A stretch of 32,000 bases of DNA, taken from NCBI RefSeq assembly GCF_008065095.1, contig NZ_CP042911.1, forward strand, positions 330,001-362,000. Reading direction: 5' to 3'. Below are positions 31,833-32,000 of this stretch, in pieces; position 1 is the stretch's first letter; each line of letters begins with the position of its first letter. The notes below the pieces were generated by a model that was not told the origin of the DNA, did no database searches, and worked only from the letters and a program-made list of their open reading frames with translations. Origin of the DNA: Gemmata obscuriglobus. GTDB taxonomy: Bacteria > Planctomycetota > Planctomycetia > Gemmatales > Gemmataceae. Both the position numbers and the translations under genes were made by a program.

Positions 31833-32000
31833 ATCGACTCCGGGAACCGTAATCAGGGCCGCTGCGGTTGTTCAGGGGCGGTGCCCGTGCCACCTGCTCC
31901 GATGCGGCGAGCCCGAGTGTATCGCGGCGCGAGCCGGGGCACACGGCGAATCGCTTTTTCGCCCGTTGTGTGGAAGGAGTTGGTTCGGTGCTTCGACGGC

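Noticed and set aside
28598-31944. 518-aa (28598-30154) and 562-aa (30256-31944) minus-strand ORFs
   Set aside because: The first is antisense to the chemoreceptor signalling domain. The second is an alternative frame overlapping the sulfatase gene. Neither has motifs, and both are Arg/Gly/Pro/His-rich.

Overview
This is 32 kb of very GC-rich bacterial chromosome, about 70% G+C in coding stretches by hand count. The gene content points to Planctomycetota, most plausibly a Gemmata-like organism. That placement is an inference from a DUF1559 prepilin-like protein, an ECF sigma factor fused to a membrane anchor and WD40 repeats, a DUF11 surface protein, an FGly-type sulfatase, and the many Arg/Pro/Gly-rich antisense ORFs expected in high-GC DNA. 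I support about 27 protein-coding genes. In order they are: a DUF11 C-terminus, DUF6428, comM/yifB, a zinc-ribbon membrane protein, polyprenol-phosphate mannose synthase, a small membrane protein, ECF-TM-WD40, and a DUF1559 pseudopilin-like protein with its small lipoprotein. Next come an ECF sigma / anti-sigma pair, FHA-GAF-HD-GYP, a secreted protein, a Gfo/Idh/MocA plus aldo-keto reductase pair, a 100-aa protein, a TPR protein and Sua5/TsaC. The remainder are a thioredoxin-like secreted protein, a DegT-type aminotransferase, two tandem paralogues of unknown function, a 101-aa protein, ilvN, a 4HB-HAMP-PAS-HAMP methyl-accepting chemotaxis protein and a sulfatase. I saw no rRNA, tRNA, CRISPR array, integrase or transposase. 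Six things deserve a second look. (1) An anti-sigma factor has a membrane helix and ectodomain that look like a leaderless DUF1559/pseudopilin, and it sits in a same-strand cluster with a bona fide DUF1559 gene, an ECF sigma factor and an FHA-GAF-HD-GYP phosphodiesterase. This is my best candidate for an uncharacterised signalling module. (2) There are three same-orientation copies of one internal comM segment, and two decayed copies bracket a ~45% GC insert just downstream of the intact comM. This may be an integration scar. (3) Two tandem paralogues share a Cys/His-containing C-terminal module. (4) Four large, mutually unrelated palindromic elements lie in intergenic gaps. (5) An ECF-type GGAAC-N17-CGTT motif lies in front of the ECF-WD40 gene. 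(6) A dense GAAC/GTTC array fills a 46-bp divergent intergenic region. All functional assignments come from motif recognition by eye; no database search was run.
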